Of a stretch of DNA of 64,000 nucleotides, positions 53,051 through 63,893 are shown one piece after another. The stretch spans positions 32,001 to 96,000 of the IMG/VR virus record IMGVR_UViG_3300035208_001463; one strand, 5' to 3'. The DNA is from a virus. Lineage: Duplodnaviria; Caudoviricetes. The position numbers were made by a program, and so were the translations under genes. Within the stretch, counting starts at the first letter, position 1. Every line of letters starts with the position of its first letter. The notes under the pieces are model-generated. The model saw nothing but the letters and a program-made list of their open reading frames with translations, was not told the DNA's origin and did no database searches.

Positions 53051-54406
53051 ATGGTAAAAGCACGTTTAAGTGAAGCCGAATGGGAAAACATTAAAGAAAA
53101 ATCCAATATTGTAGAAAGTGATGGGGAAGCACACCGCGCGGAATCCACAGAAGAAGATGAAGTGGAACCCAAAGCGGAACCCAAAAAGAAATACCCGTCG
53201 GTTGGACAGATGCAAGCAGCGAAGGGTGGAAAACCCGCTGGAGAAGTGACCGAATGGGAGTCACATGAGGGTTATGATGCTGGGGAAGAAACATTTGAAA
53301 AGCGACACCCAACACTTGCAAAAGCTGTGGATATTGGGAAGAAAGCAGTTGGTGTCGTAAATAGAAAATCATCCGAGTATTTAAAAAACGTTGAAAAATC
53401 TGATAAAAAATTTAAAGAAATGGAAACGGAAAAGGAAGATGAAGAAGAACCTGAAGAAAGAAAATCATCTAAAAAGAAATCAACTAAAAAATCAAAAGGT
53501 AAAATGTTGGATGAAGACGATTTTGATTTTGAAGATGAAGATGCAGATATAACAGCATTACATAAATCCACTTCTAAACAAAAGGTTTTACCCGGTGATT
53601 ATAAAACTGCATATGGAAGCGGGATGGGAAAAGAAGGATATAAACCAGTATATACCTCTGGAATGGGGTTAGGGACATATCGCCCTGCTTATAAACCAAC
53701 TATACGAGAAGAACAATCACCAGAATCATTAACTGATAATAGACGTGGTAAGAAATCCCCTGTGGAAGAATTAACACCACGCGAACCAACCCCCAAACCA
53801 AAAGAACCCCAACCAAACCGTTTCAACATGCAAAATTGGCAATCGATGGGTTTCCCCAACACGCTACCAATGAGCGCGCGCGGTGCTTTATTTAGACCCG
53901 CACAACAGCAACAGCCACAACAACAGGTTGTTCCTATGGTTCGTCAACCGTATCAACCGCGCGCCGCGCCCGCACCGCAACCTGCGCGCGCACAAGCACC
54001 AACACCACAACCACAAGCGCGCAGACAGGTGTTTGGCCCGATACCCAGAATTGGCTTGAATATAAATATACCACAGATAACAAGACCAAAAACAACTATT
54101 ACACCTCCGCGCGCACCAACTGCACCCGCTCATATGAGTAGAGGTATTCCAACTTCTGCACCTTTAACATTTATGGGTGTTACATTAGGTGAAAAGAAGA
54201 AAACAGAATCAAAACCAATTACCAATATGGGAGCGGGGTATAAACACGTCCCCTTGGTTGTAATGAATGGGATTTATCCGAATGCTGGGTATAATCCCAA
54301 AACAGATCCAATTACGAAAAAATCTATTATTCCAAAAATACAAGCAACGGTTACTCCGAATAATTTTACGATGTTTGGCATAAAAATGAAGAATAAAAAA
54401 CTTTAA
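53051..54406 (+). CDS. Low-complexity, likely disordered protein (acidic N-terminus, Pro/Gln/Arg-rich C-terminus)
   Basis: Composition; three Y...MG..Y pseudo-repeats. Confidence 0.75.
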   Translation: MVKARLSEAEWENIKEKSNIVESDGEAHRAESTEEDEVEPKAEPKKKYPSVGQMQAAKGGKPAGEVTEWESHEGYDAGEETFEKRHPTLAKAVDIGKKAVGVVNRKSSEYLKNVEKSDKKFKEMETEKEDEEEPEERKSSKKKSTKKSKGKMLDEDDFDFEDEDADITALHKSTSKQKVLPGDYKTAYGSGMGKEGYKPVYTSGMGLGTYRPAYKPTIREEQSPESLTDNRRGKKSPVEELTPREPTPKPKEPQPNRFNMQNWQSMGFPNTLPMSARGALFRPAQQQQPQQQVVPMVRQPYQPRAAPAPQPARAQAPTPQPQARRQVFGPIPRIGLNINIPQITRPKTTITPPRAPTAPAHMSRGIPTSAPLTFMGVTLGEKKKTESKPITNMGAGYKHVPLVVMNGIYPNAGYNPKTDPITKKSIIPKIQATVTPNNFTMFGIKMKNKKL

Positions 54407-54456
54407 TACTTTTTTAAACAGATAAATTTAAATACATCTATTTTCTACTATATATT

Positions 54457-55133
54457 ATGGGACTCATAGATCGTTTATCATATACTCTCGAAACCGTCAA
54501 GAAACAAAAAGACGAGCAAGAATTAAAGCGCGCGCTTGAACTTAAAGCATTACGCGATAAAACAATACCTGTTTTTGAACGGTTGATTAATAAATATCAC
54601 GCACAAGTTAGGTATCTTGATACAGATGCTTATGTATTTGTTATCGAAAATGGACAAGAGCGTGGAACATATATTCCTTATACCACAGATGAAATTCATT
54701 TAGATCTTAAACTTGATACCTTTGTTCACAACTATACTTCGGCATCTAGGCATAAGATGCGCGCTAAATTAGAACAAAGTCTTGATGGTATTGAAGATAA
54801 TAAAAAAGGTGGATTTTGGAATGTGGATATTGATATCAAAAGTTTTGATACAAGTTTGAATCGGAGGCATTGATGACAAACTACGGGCAAACGTCAAAAG
54901 AACTAGAGGAAGAATATGAAAATGAAGAGGATATTGTAGAAACCAAATATATTTCTACGTTCCCAAAGAAATTTTCAAGTATGGCACCATGTGAACAACT
55001 ACGTGTGAAAATCCCTAATACCAATTCGAATCTAAATGTTATATTGGGTGTAAAGTTGCCACGCACGGATGTGCATGATACAACACCATGTGTAGTAAAT
55101 ATGCCTAATAGTTTAAAGAAAAAGAGATATTAG
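54457..55133 (+). CDS. Two hypothetical proteins (54457-54873, 54870-55133)
   Basis: ORF track; TATA at ~54427. Confidence 0.55.
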
Positions 55134-55386
55134 ATTTTAGAATATTTCATTTTTATATCACAGTAGGGCAATGTTCCTAAACATTCTCCATAACCATGAC
55201 TTTTTTTATTCCTGCAAACGCCAATATCTTTTATTGTTAATAATGTATCTGGTCGTAAATGCTTTTTCTTTTCTAAAGATTCGAGGCCCATAAAACTAGT
55301 TTGCCCGGGTATTTTAAATAAAAATTTAGATGTAGAAACCATTATATACCATTCTCCTTTCTAGTTTATAAACCTTTCGGTTGTTC

Positions 55387-58300
55387 TCACTTCTTTCCTT
55401 TCTTCTTCTGTGTTGGTAATGACGAAGGCAACGACATTGATTTTAATGTATTCGTAGTTCTAGGTACACCAATCTTTGGCATTGTGAATTGAGGCATTGC
55501 TACTTTTCTTTGTGGCGTAGGTGTTTTGATTTGTGGAGATGATACTTTCTTTTGTGGTTGCGGCATCACTGTCTTTCTTTGCACGGGCATATTAAACTTC
55601 GGAACAGCCACGCGTGGTGTTGTAACCGTTTTGGTGGGCTTCTGCGCGGGTTTCCGCGTTGCTTGTAATGAAAACGAAGGCAATGATGAAGCCGGTGCTC
55701 CCGTAACATTGGAACCAATTGCTAACGCTTTTGCAGTAATACGTGCAGCTTTCCACGGATCGAATTTGTACTCAAAAACCTCCACGTGTTTTTTAAATCT
55801 CCTGCGCTTATCAGATCCGCCGCCTCCGCCTCCGAGACCGCCCCATCCTCCGAATAGTGGAGGGATTATGATTTCGGGTTCTATTACAGGTTCTATCTTG
55901 GGTTCTGTAGTAGTAATTATTTTGGGTTCGGTTATAGTTGTCGTTTCTGTTTTAGTGGTTGTTTTTGTTTTTGGAACTATATCCACAATCGGAGCTGTTT
56001 TTATAAATTGCTCTTCCCGTTGCGCTTGTCGCGTTTCTTCCTTATATGATGGAACAGTTGTTGTTGAAACCAATTTAGATATATCATACATTAAATACGA
56101 TTCTTTCTGTTTCTGTGCCACTTCGGATGTTAATATCAAATCTTGAGTATCTTTCAAGGTTTGAGTAGATAATAATGAAGGTAATGATAATGTGTCAGTT
56201 CTATATTTTGATATTTGCGCAAATTCTAAAGATGGTTTTACCAATTGTTCTTCTTGTTGAACATTCGATTTTAATAAACTAACCATACCCAAACCAGCTT
56301 TTGGAATTTCCATCTCCGTTACTACTTCTTTTTGTCCTTGTCTTAATTGTGGAATAAATAAGGGATATGGTATTGTAGTGGGTATTTTACCAGTTTGCAA
56401 CCCCTCTACTTTTGGTAACGATTCGCTCATTATTTGTATTTGACCCGCTGCTTGCTTTCCTTCAACTTTACCCATAGGTTTCATTGTAGTTGGGTGTTCC
56501 CCAAAATATTGAACTTTTGTTTTAGCAAACCCAGATGGTTCCATTTTCTCTGTTATATCGCGTTCTGTTTTTAAAAGACTTCTCGTAGGTTTTTCTATAG
56601 ATAAAGATGGAACTGTTCTGCCACCAATAACTTTAGTTCCCTTTATTCTTTCGAATCCACCAAAAGATGGTGCACTTGGAGTAACACCTTTCTTAATTCC
56701 CCCAACTGAATATCCAGAAACATCTCCGATTGAAGGAACAGTTGTTTTTCCAAATTTTAATGAATATACATAACGTGGTGCTCCCTCCCATTCAATTGAG
56801 GGTTTGTGTTCTTGCCAAAACGATTTGACAGTAATACTTGGGGTTTTTGCCAATTGCCCGATTTCCCACAGTTTTGTTTCTCCAGATATTAATGCGTTTT
56901 CTGCTGAAACCGGTAAATTCAATTTTGTAGTAAAATACTTATTATATAACGATTCCATTACCGGAGCGCGTTCACCATATTTTAATACTGCGATATCAAT
57001 GGATGCTCTACCTAAAGCTGCTTGCGCTCTAGGAACAGCCGTTATTCTAGCAGTAACGATTGGCTCTGCAATCACCTTTACTCCCACAGATGGGAGTTTA
57101 CCAATTTCTTTTGCTCCTGCATATAAATATTCTGGAGCAGATTCAATGTATCTCCCAATCTTCGTTGGCAGATTTCCAATATCCGATCTCAATCCATATC
57201 TTGGACTTGCACTTGTAATATATTCGGGAAAGTTTAATATTGCTTCCGGAGTTGCCTTCCGCAAACTATATTTAGCATATTCTCCAAATGTTGGTGTCTT
57301 TGTTGCATAAGTAGTTAATACAACTTCCCCTTCTGTTGGTGTTAATCCAATATGCGGAATAGACGTTTCCCGTTCTGCAATCATAGATTTATATTCTTCA
57401 AATCCTGTTTTAATTCCTTTTATACCAGAAGATATTTTACCCGGTAATGCAAATCCCGCTCCCATCGGAACAGCTTCTTGTAATATCAATCCTTTTGCAG
57501 TAGAAGATACCTTTTCCGGAGCGAATTCTGTTAGCCCTTTTGTAGATCTATATCCTACATCTGCCGCATACAATCCACCAAGAATCTTTGGTGCTTGTTC
57601 AATTATAGGAGTGGATATGGTAGAAATTACTTTTGCGGCGGTTCCAGCCTTCCCGGTTGATTCTAACAATGGGACAGCAACAGATTTTCCAGTGCCAAAT
57701 ATTGTTTCGGCTCCTTTAAATAATGTTCCACCAGCAGCCCCAACACCATAACTTATGGGAACAAGTAACGGTTGCTCATAAAATTGTGTATATTGACCCG
57801 CAAATGGATTTATTATAGATGACACTTGTTTTGTTTCTTTCGATGCAGGAATAAATTCTGAAATCGTGCTAGGCATTGTAAGTGCCCATGTTGTCGGAAG
57901 AACCGCCGTTGCATATTTTACCATTTTCTCACCAACTTCCGGAGACGGCAAATTCAATGTAGTTCTTATATTTTCTTGTAATTTATCCCACCCGCTTGGT
58001 GTTGATGATATAATCGTGGTGATTGGAGTGACATTCCCACCGGTTGTAGTATAAGGAGTTGTTGTAGTTGTTACTCCCCCAATTGTTTCTGCTACCGGTT
58101 TCCCTACAATAGTAGTTTCTGGCAAAATTGTTGGGGTTCCGGTTTTTGTGGTAGTTGTTGTGCCGGGTTGAAAAAACGCAAGAACCGGACTTATTATAGG
58201 AAGTTCGGTTCCAAATATAGCACCGGTTGGTTTTGTTTCTTTTGTTGCCATTGTAGAAACAAATGAGGGTTCTTGTGGCTGCGGAGTAGCACTTCCAACA

Positions 58301-59967
58301 ACCTTCATCCCACCAGTAAGCGCAACGCCCGGCATCAACTCCGCCATTTTTGTCTCTGGAGGCATTGCACCAATCCCCACACTCTTCAATTCCGCTCCAC
58401 TTGTAGGAGCCAATTCCCCCTTCACATTAACAGTCTGCAATACTGGAGATGCATTCCAATCAATACTCCACGGTTCCGTGGCCCATTCCGAACGGGGTTG
58501 ATTCACTCCGGTGGGTGAAACGAGATTTGCAAGGTTGCCTGTCTCTGATGCATATCTTCCCATTTGTGTGCTCGGTGAAAGAATTCTACTATCAAGACGT
58601 GTAACATCTCCGCCATATGCTTCCGCTCCGGAACGTGAATATAACCACGGAGTTTTTAAAATATCCGCCGCGCGTTCCTTGTTATACCCTTCTGCAAATT
58701 TAGTTCCTGCACTTTCCTGTGTATATACAACGTCGGTTCCCGCTTTGCCCTTCCCTACAGTAAACATCCCACTCTGTAATGCACCCGCGCCACCCGATGA
58801 AGTTTCAATACCATAAATACGCTTGAATCCACCTTCCTTTTCATAAATAGATTTTGGAACCTGATAGAATCCAACAGTGCCGCTTGTTGGATCATATACG
58901 GCTTTTGCATCACGGATTTCAGTTTTTGCTACGTTCCCCAATGGGACATTAAATGTTTCTCCTTGAGAAATCGCGGTTGGTGGTAATGTATTGGTTCCCA
59001 CCATTGGAGATCCAATATCAGTTCCCGCACCCATTTTATTAGGAACAAAATACGATTTTGTTACTACAGGCTCTATTGCTGTTGTTCTTGGTATAATATT
59101 ACTTACCCAATCACCCGCTGCCTTTACTCCTCCGCCAATCGCCCCACCCATGATCCCAAAACCTTTTAAAGTGGTATCGACAGGATTCAATACTGATGAT
59201 ATTATTGGATTTGGTGGTGCCGACACTATTGCTGATGGCACTATCGGACTATATGTCTGTGCAGCGTATTGCTGCCCACTCGTTGTTGTTGGTTGCTTAA
59301 CAGTTACATTAGCCCCCGCTTCCCGCCCCCACCCGGATATAGTTCCCAATGGATTGGTTACAAATTTCCATATGTTACCACCAACATCTGTTGATTGGGA
59401 TGGTAGACTACTAGATCTTCCAATTACCTTCATATCACCAGTGAATGATACGCCGGGCATTAACTCTGTTGATGGTGACGAACCACTATAATATGATAAT
59501 TGTGGACTAACTACATTCGTTTGTGTAGGTAATGTTTCAACACCCGATTTAATTTGAGACATATCATATACTCTGGATGCTGGAATAGCATACCCGGAAA
59601 CCGATGTGTCTCTGGCACTCGCAAGATTAATAGCGGATGGTGAAAACCCTTCTGATACTGCCCTTCTTGCAAGATTTACATCTACAGCACCGCCGGTTCT
59701 TCCGATCAATGCAGCAATACCAGCTGCTGTATTGGTATCATAATATGTTGGAGTTATTGAATGTGCGATAGATTGCCGATATGCACCTCCAGAACCAACG
59801 GTGTTATAATGTTGTTGAGCATATTGTGAAGTGATCGCTTTATATGCATCTGAACCACCAGACGCACTAAATCCGGGTTCGTATGTTACTTGACCTGTAT
59901 ATGCAGATTGATAACCTATAATATTGCCAGATGAATCACGAACAGCATAAGAAGCATATGATCCCAT
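55387..59967 (-). CDS. 1526-aa Thr/Ser/Gly/Pro-rich protein, candidate virion/ejection protein
   Basis: Long ORF; internal repeat ELMPGV..TG.MKV.G twice; GGWGGLGGGGGG then a basic Pro-rich tail. Confidence 0.8.
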   Translation of the reverse strand: MGSYASYAVRDSSGNIIGYQSAYTGQVTYEPGFSASGGSDAYKAITSQYAQQHYNTVGSGGAYRQSIAHSITPTYYDTNTAAGIAALIGRTGGAVDVNLARRAVSEGFSPSAINLASARDTSVSGYAIPASRVYDMSQIKSGVETLPTQTNVVSPQLSYYSGSSPSTELMPGVSFTGDMKVIGRSSSLPSQSTDVGGNIWKFVTNPLGTISGWGREAGANVTVKQPTTTSGQQYAAQTYSPIVPSAIVSAPPNPIISSVLNPVDTTLKGFGIMGGAIGGGVKAAGDWVSNIIPRTTAIEPVVTKSYFVPNKMGAGTDIGSPMVGTNTLPPTAISQGETFNVPLGNVAKTEIRDAKAVYDPTSGTVGFYQVPKSIYEKEGGFKRIYGIETSSGGAGALQSGMFTVGKGKAGTDVVYTQESAGTKFAEGYNKERAADILKTPWLYSRSGAEAYGGDVTRLDSRILSPSTQMGRYASETGNLANLVSPTGVNQPRSEWATEPWSIDWNASPVLQTVNVKGELAPTSGAELKSVGIGAMPPETKMAELMPGVALTGGMKVVGSATPQPQEPSFVSTMATKETKPTGAIFGTELPIISPVLAFFQPGTTTTTKTGTPTILPETTIVGKPVAETIGGVTTTTTPYTTTGGNVTPITTIISSTPSGWDKLQENIRTTLNLPSPEVGEKMVKYATAVLPTTWALTMPSTISEFIPASKETKQVSSIINPFAGQYTQFYEQPLLVPISYGVGAAGGTLFKGAETIFGTGKSVAVPLLESTGKAGTAAKVISTISTPIIEQAPKILGGLYAADVGYRSTKGLTEFAPEKVSSTAKGLILQEAVPMGAGFALPGKISSGIKGIKTGFEEYKSMIAERETSIPHIGLTPTEGEVVLTTYATKTPTFGEYAKYSLRKATPEAILNFPEYITSASPRYGLRSDIGNLPTKIGRYIESAPEYLYAGAKEIGKLPSVGVKVIAEPIVTARITAVPRAQAALGRASIDIAVLKYGERAPVMESLYNKYFTTKLNLPVSAENALISGETKLWEIGQLAKTPSITVKSFWQEHKPSIEWEGAPRYVYSLKFGKTTVPSIGDVSGYSVGGIKKGVTPSAPSFGGFERIKGTKVIGGRTVPSLSIEKPTRSLLKTERDITEKMEPSGFAKTKVQYFGEHPTTMKPMGKVEGKQAAGQIQIMSESLPKVEGLQTGKIPTTIPYPLFIPQLRQGQKEVVTEMEIPKAGLGMVSLLKSNVQQEEQLVKPSLEFAQISKYRTDTLSLPSLLSTQTLKDTQDLILTSEVAQKQKESYLMYDISKLVSTTTVPSYKEETRQAQREEQFIKTAPIVDIVPKTKTTTKTETTTITEPKIITTTEPKIEPVIEPEIIIPPLFGGWGGLGGGGGGSDKRRRFKKHVEVFEYKFDPWKAARITAKALAIGSNVTGAPASSLPSFSLQATRKPAQKPTKTVTTPRVAVPKFNMPVQRKTVMPQPQKKVSSPQIKTPTPQRKVAMPQFTMPKIGVPRTTNTLKSMSLPSSLPTQKKKGKK

Positions 59968-60232
59968 CTACTCACCTGCGCGCATATGGATCTTTAGGCA
60001 TTTGCGGGAGTGGCGCGACAACTGCTTGAACCAAGTATGCTGCCGCGCGCTTTGTTTGCCCGGGTATTACTATAGTGTTCTGATTCGGCACATTCATATG
60101 TGGTGCATTATCGGTTTGTATCAATTTTGGAAATATAACTGGAGGTAACATTCTACAACACCTTTATATATGAATTGTATTCATACTTTATAAATGTTTT
60201 GGTATAGAAGAGAAAAATATATAATATTTGGA

Positions 60233-60715
60233 TTAGCCTACGTTCTTGAAAATTGACATGGTCACGCCAACGACTGAAGCTAGCAATGCCCCAAAAGCGA
60301 GAGGTTGAATTACAACAGGCATTGAAACTCCAATTCCGCCGGAAAATAAAAATGCTCCGGATAATAAAAGACCGATGATTGAAGCCAATCTAAGGTTGGC
60401 GTGACTCAACCACATGCCTAGGTAGATGAAAAAGAAAATGAGGAATGAGGGGACGGAAAGATTATTCATCGTTGTCCATGCGTATGGGGAGAGAGCGTTA
60501 CCGGGAAAGTAAATTATACTGAAATTTGATGCTGTAAGGTTATTAAAAGCATTTCCAAAAGTTGTAGTGGGCAATGGACTCAAATATGGTGTAGGTGTTA
60601 TTGTTATATACGGGGGAGAATCCGCTTTCACTATACTAACAATATTAAGCGCGCATATAATTGAAATGATTTTAGAGATGTGTTTTTTAAAATCAAGCAT
60701 ATGATTATATACCAT
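60233..60715 (-). CDS. Membrane protein with signal peptide and C-terminal TM helices
   Basis: Hydrophobicity pattern; N-glycosylation sequons. Confidence 0.65.
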   Translation of the reverse strand: MVYNHMLDFKKHISKIISIICALNIVSIVKADSPPYITITPTPYLSPLPTTTFGNAFNNLTASNFSIIYFPGNALSPYAWTTMNNLSVPSFLIFFFIYLGMWLSHANLRLASIIGLLLSGAFLFSGGIGVSMPVVIQPLAFGALLASVVGVTMSIFKNVG

Positions 60716-60744
60716 TGTAATGTTATAGCATAAATAGTTTTCTA

Positions 60745-62043
60745 TTATTTTTTATATTTTGCAATAATGTCGGCATGTTCCACTTTATAAATTTCATATT
60801 CTTCTGGTGACAGATAACACTTCTTTCCTTCTTTTGCGCGTTGTTCTACCAAATCTTCGATGTGCTTTATCCAATAAATTCTATCCTCTGTAGTCCCATT
60901 CTTCCCTCGTATTATACCATGTTCTTTATCAGTTAACAAAACAAATTTATTCGGATCGCCCTTGATATAATATTTCACTCTCTCCCCATTGTTAATAATC
61001 CACGCATAATATCCGTTAACATCTTCGTCCCAAATACAACATGCTTGTGGTTGCCAATAAAGATGATGTCGGGTAAGCGCCCTATAGTTTTTATTATCAA
61101 ATCTTGTTTTACCAGATAATATACTTTTGTAATCATAAGCAGCGTCTATACGATCCCATAAATCTTGGTTCCAGCGTTCACAGTAGTATGCCCGACTATT
61201 ATTATTCGCATTTCTTAATGCTTTGTTTCCGTACCATATCCCTTCTCCATTAGAAGCGATCAAATGTTTTTCTACCCAATATGGATCTTGCGCCATCCTT
61301 TTATTTTCTTCAATTCTCCATTTTTGCCACTCGGGGTCTCGGGACATCTTTTTATTTCGTTCTGACATCATATTTTGCCATTCGATATTATCAGAACGTT
61401 CGTTTATACTTTGCATAAATTTATCTTTAAATATAGGATCTTCGAAACGCTCTTTTGCCATTTTACTCATTTTCTCTATATATTCAACATTATTATAAAG
61501 TTCCTCGCGTCCTTTTATCCATTTTGGATTTGAAGGAAGTTTTTTATTTGTTTCTCTCCTCCATTCCTGCCATTTAGGATCATTTGATCGTTTCTTCATT
61601 GCTTCATTATGACTCTTTATCCATACTGGGTTTGAAGATAATACTTTCCCACGTTCCTTACATTTTTCTTCATAATCTGGAGCAGACATTATTTTTGCAA
61701 TTGCTTTTTTATTTGCTTCTTTCCATTCGGGTGTTTGCACCATTTTTCTATTTGCTTCTGTAGTATTTTCCAACCAAATCGGATCTTTTGCCATATGTTT
61801 GCACGCGCAATCGTGGCATCTATATTGTTCTTTTGGTTTACTAAAATTACAAATATAATCAGTTCTTTGACTACCACAATCCAAACAAGTATACGTATCC
61901 ATCGTATTATTACCACCATTAATCCCGCGATTCTTTGCAGCGCATGATTGACACATATGCTTTTCGCGGGATTTATGAAATGTAGAAGGATACCCAGTTC
62001 TGGGTTTACCACATATAATACATTTATACGTAACCTTTGGCAT
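60745..62043 (-). CDS. Zn-finger and repeat protein with C-terminal HNH-like endonuclease
   Basis: CxxC units, (D/N)P.W repeats, C-terminus closely similar to 26964-28148. Confidence 0.7.
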   Translation of the reverse strand: MPKVTYKCIICGKPRTGYPSTFHKSREKHMCQSCAAKNRGINGGNNTMDTYTCLDCGSQRTDYICNFSKPKEQYRCHDCACKHMAKDPIWLENTTEANRKMVQTPEWKEANKKAIAKIMSAPDYEEKCKERGKVLSSNPVWIKSHNEAMKKRSNDPKWQEWRRETNKKLPSNPKWIKGREELYNNVEYIEKMSKMAKERFEDPIFKDKFMQSINERSDNIEWQNMMSERNKKMSRDPEWQKWRIEENKRMAQDPYWVEKHLIASNGEGIWYGNKALRNANNNSRAYYCERWNQDLWDRIDAAYDYKSILSGKTRFDNKNYRALTRHHLYWQPQACCIWDEDVNGYYAWIINNGERVKYYIKGDPNKFVLLTDKEHGIIRGKNGTTEDRIYWIKHIEDLVEQRAKEGKKCYLSPEEYEIYKVEHADIIAKYKK

Positions 62044-62273
62044 TTTATTTTATCCTATAAGATCTACTCTTCATCCCGCGCGTCTCTATTCTCTCATCTT
62101 TCCAATATTTCGTATGGCAGTGTGGGCAATATGTTGGTATTGTATCAACGGTTTTTGCATTCCATCTATGTTTACATTCTTTACATTCGAAAGTCATCTT
62201 TAAATATATACATTAATAGTATTTATACTTTCGTATTGAATGTAGAAATGTATTTATAAAAAATAATATTATA

Positions 62274-62558
62274 TTACCAACTATCTCCTGTATCATAGGT
62301 AGTCACCCTGCTCGCTTCTGACCACAAGCGTACGATGATAAATATTTCACATAATATAATTAAAACCCAAACAAAACTCATCATCCACACTATAGAATCC
62401 CCTGATAGAGCATTCCACCAGTATGGTGGAGTATACGCTTTAAACAGCGGCACCACCTTTGAAAACAACGTCCCAAATATAATCGTATAAATTCCCAATG
62501 CCAACGTGACTGCCAACATTGAAATTCCAGCTATTAACATACGCCCAGCAGAAGTCAT
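62274..62558 (-). CDS. Two-helix hydrophobic protein, candidate minor capsid protein
   Basis: MTSAG start; two TM helices. Confidence 0.55.
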   Translation of the reverse strand: MTSAGRMLIAGISMLAVTLALGIYTIIFGTLFSKVVPLFKAYTPPYWWNALSGDSIVWMMSFVWVLIILCEIFIIVRLWSEASRVTTYDTGDSW

Positions 62559-62721
62559 TCAATACCCACCCCCTTGTTTTGAGGAAACATAATTGCAACC
62601 GAAACAATAATCATAATAAATCCTCCTACCCATGTTCCAACCAATGCCCAATCTGTAGCATATAGTATACCAACTATACATAACACAATTCCAATAATTA
62701 AAAATATTAAACCTTCTGTCT

Positions 62722-62979
62722 TCATACATTGCGACCTCTATCCCGTTTACTCTCAATTATAAGATTATACCCCGATGCAATCAAAAACAATATTCCCATT
62801 GCATAGAAACATATTGTAAGTAAATGAAATGTATTCATGGAATCCTGCGTAGTCAAACCCAACGAATTTAGATTATTCATTGTGTTTCCTAACATATCCC
62901 ACGCTTTGCCTATCGCTATACATATTGTCCCCCATGCAAAAAGGTTAATAATAAATCCCTGCATTGCTCCTGCTGACAT
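62722..62979 (-). CDS. Two-helix hydrophobic protein, candidate minor capsid protein
   Basis: MSAG start; two TM helices; basic tail. Confidence 0.55.
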   Translation of the reverse strand: MSAGAMQGFIINLFAWGTICIAIGKAWDMLGNTMNNLNSLGLTTQDSMNTFHLLTICFYAMGILFLIASGYNLIIESKRDRGRNV

Positions 62980-62981
62980 AA

Positions 62982-63893
62982 TTAGAGCCTCGCATCTTGC
63001 GGCATGGGCTTAAATACGTATCTAAACAATACCAACATATAAATCAACCATATTCCCACTTGCAGCAATCCTACAAATAACATTGCTTCCGCAGAATCTT
63101 TAATCCACGGGTATGTTTGCAGAAGCACTACAGAAAAACATGCTACTGATACAAGAAGTTGAACGATCAATACTAACAAATTCCACCCCATTGTAACAAT
63201 AGTTAGTAGAGGATCAAAAAATTGCCCAAGAATATTATCCGTGCCACTCGTGGTTTGAATATTTGTCAACATCAGATTTCCATTAATTGCGCAATTCTCA
63301 TATGTCACAGAACCATTCGCGCATTCAGATGGGGTAGCAACTGTTGCTCCTGCTTCAAATATACCTGCGCCATTAATTAACCCGATTGTAGATTGCATGA
63401 GTAGAATAAACACAAGAATATTAATGAGTGGGTCGCCAGCTCCATTTATACCATATAAGAACCGTTTCTTCTCGGTCATGTAAAGTATAACCGCAATCAA
63501 GGCACACATTATAATTAATCCCCATTGTCCAACGGGATTTGGAGTTGTAAACCATTTTGCCCATGCTGTAAATGCTGCTATCCCCACCGCGATAACACAA
63601 AACTGTGCAGATGAAGGTTCATCGGCTACCCAAGCAATCCAAATGATCAATGCAAAGGAAATAATATTATAATAAAACGCCGCCTGTGCAGCAGTAACAC
63701 CGGGCACATTTTGTATACCCAAATCAATAAGATATCCCCCTGCAACCAATAACGTTGCAGATGTGCCAGCAGCCATTTGTGTAACTGTTTGTGCCGATAC
63801 AGATGCTATTAATACCGAAATGGATGATATAAATAATACCAATCTACGTTTCATTGAAAACATTATTACACACTCCGAGTGTAATTTTCCCAT
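62982..63893 (-). CDS. Multi-pass membrane protein (start probably 63863)
   Basis: Signal peptide plus several TM segments. Confidence 0.7.
   Translation of the reverse strand: MGKLHSECVIMFSMKRRLVLFISSISVLIASVSAQTVTQMAAGTSATLLVAGGYLIDLGIQNVPGVTAAQAAFYYNIISFALIIWIAWVADEPSSAQFCVIAVGIAAFTAWAKWFTTPNPVGQWGLIIMCALIAVILYMTEKKRFLYGINGAGDPLINILVFILLMQSTIGLINGAGIFEAGATVATPSECANGSVTYENCAINGNLMLTNIQTTSGTDNILGQFFDPLLTIVTMGWNLLVLIVQLLVSVACFSVVLLQTYPWIKDSAEAMLFVGLLQVGIWLIYMLVLFRYVFKPMPQDARL

Noticed and set aside
55526-59491. Plus-strand ORFs antisense to the 1526-aa gene, and similar shadow ORFs such as 1114-1689, 7152-7550 and 8035-8535
   Set aside because: They lie wholly opposite well-supported genes and have no motifs or RBS
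60395-60430. Guide unit 1 versus YLGMWLSHA in ORF 60233-60715
   Set aside because: Mostly half-matches; not distinguishable from background without computation
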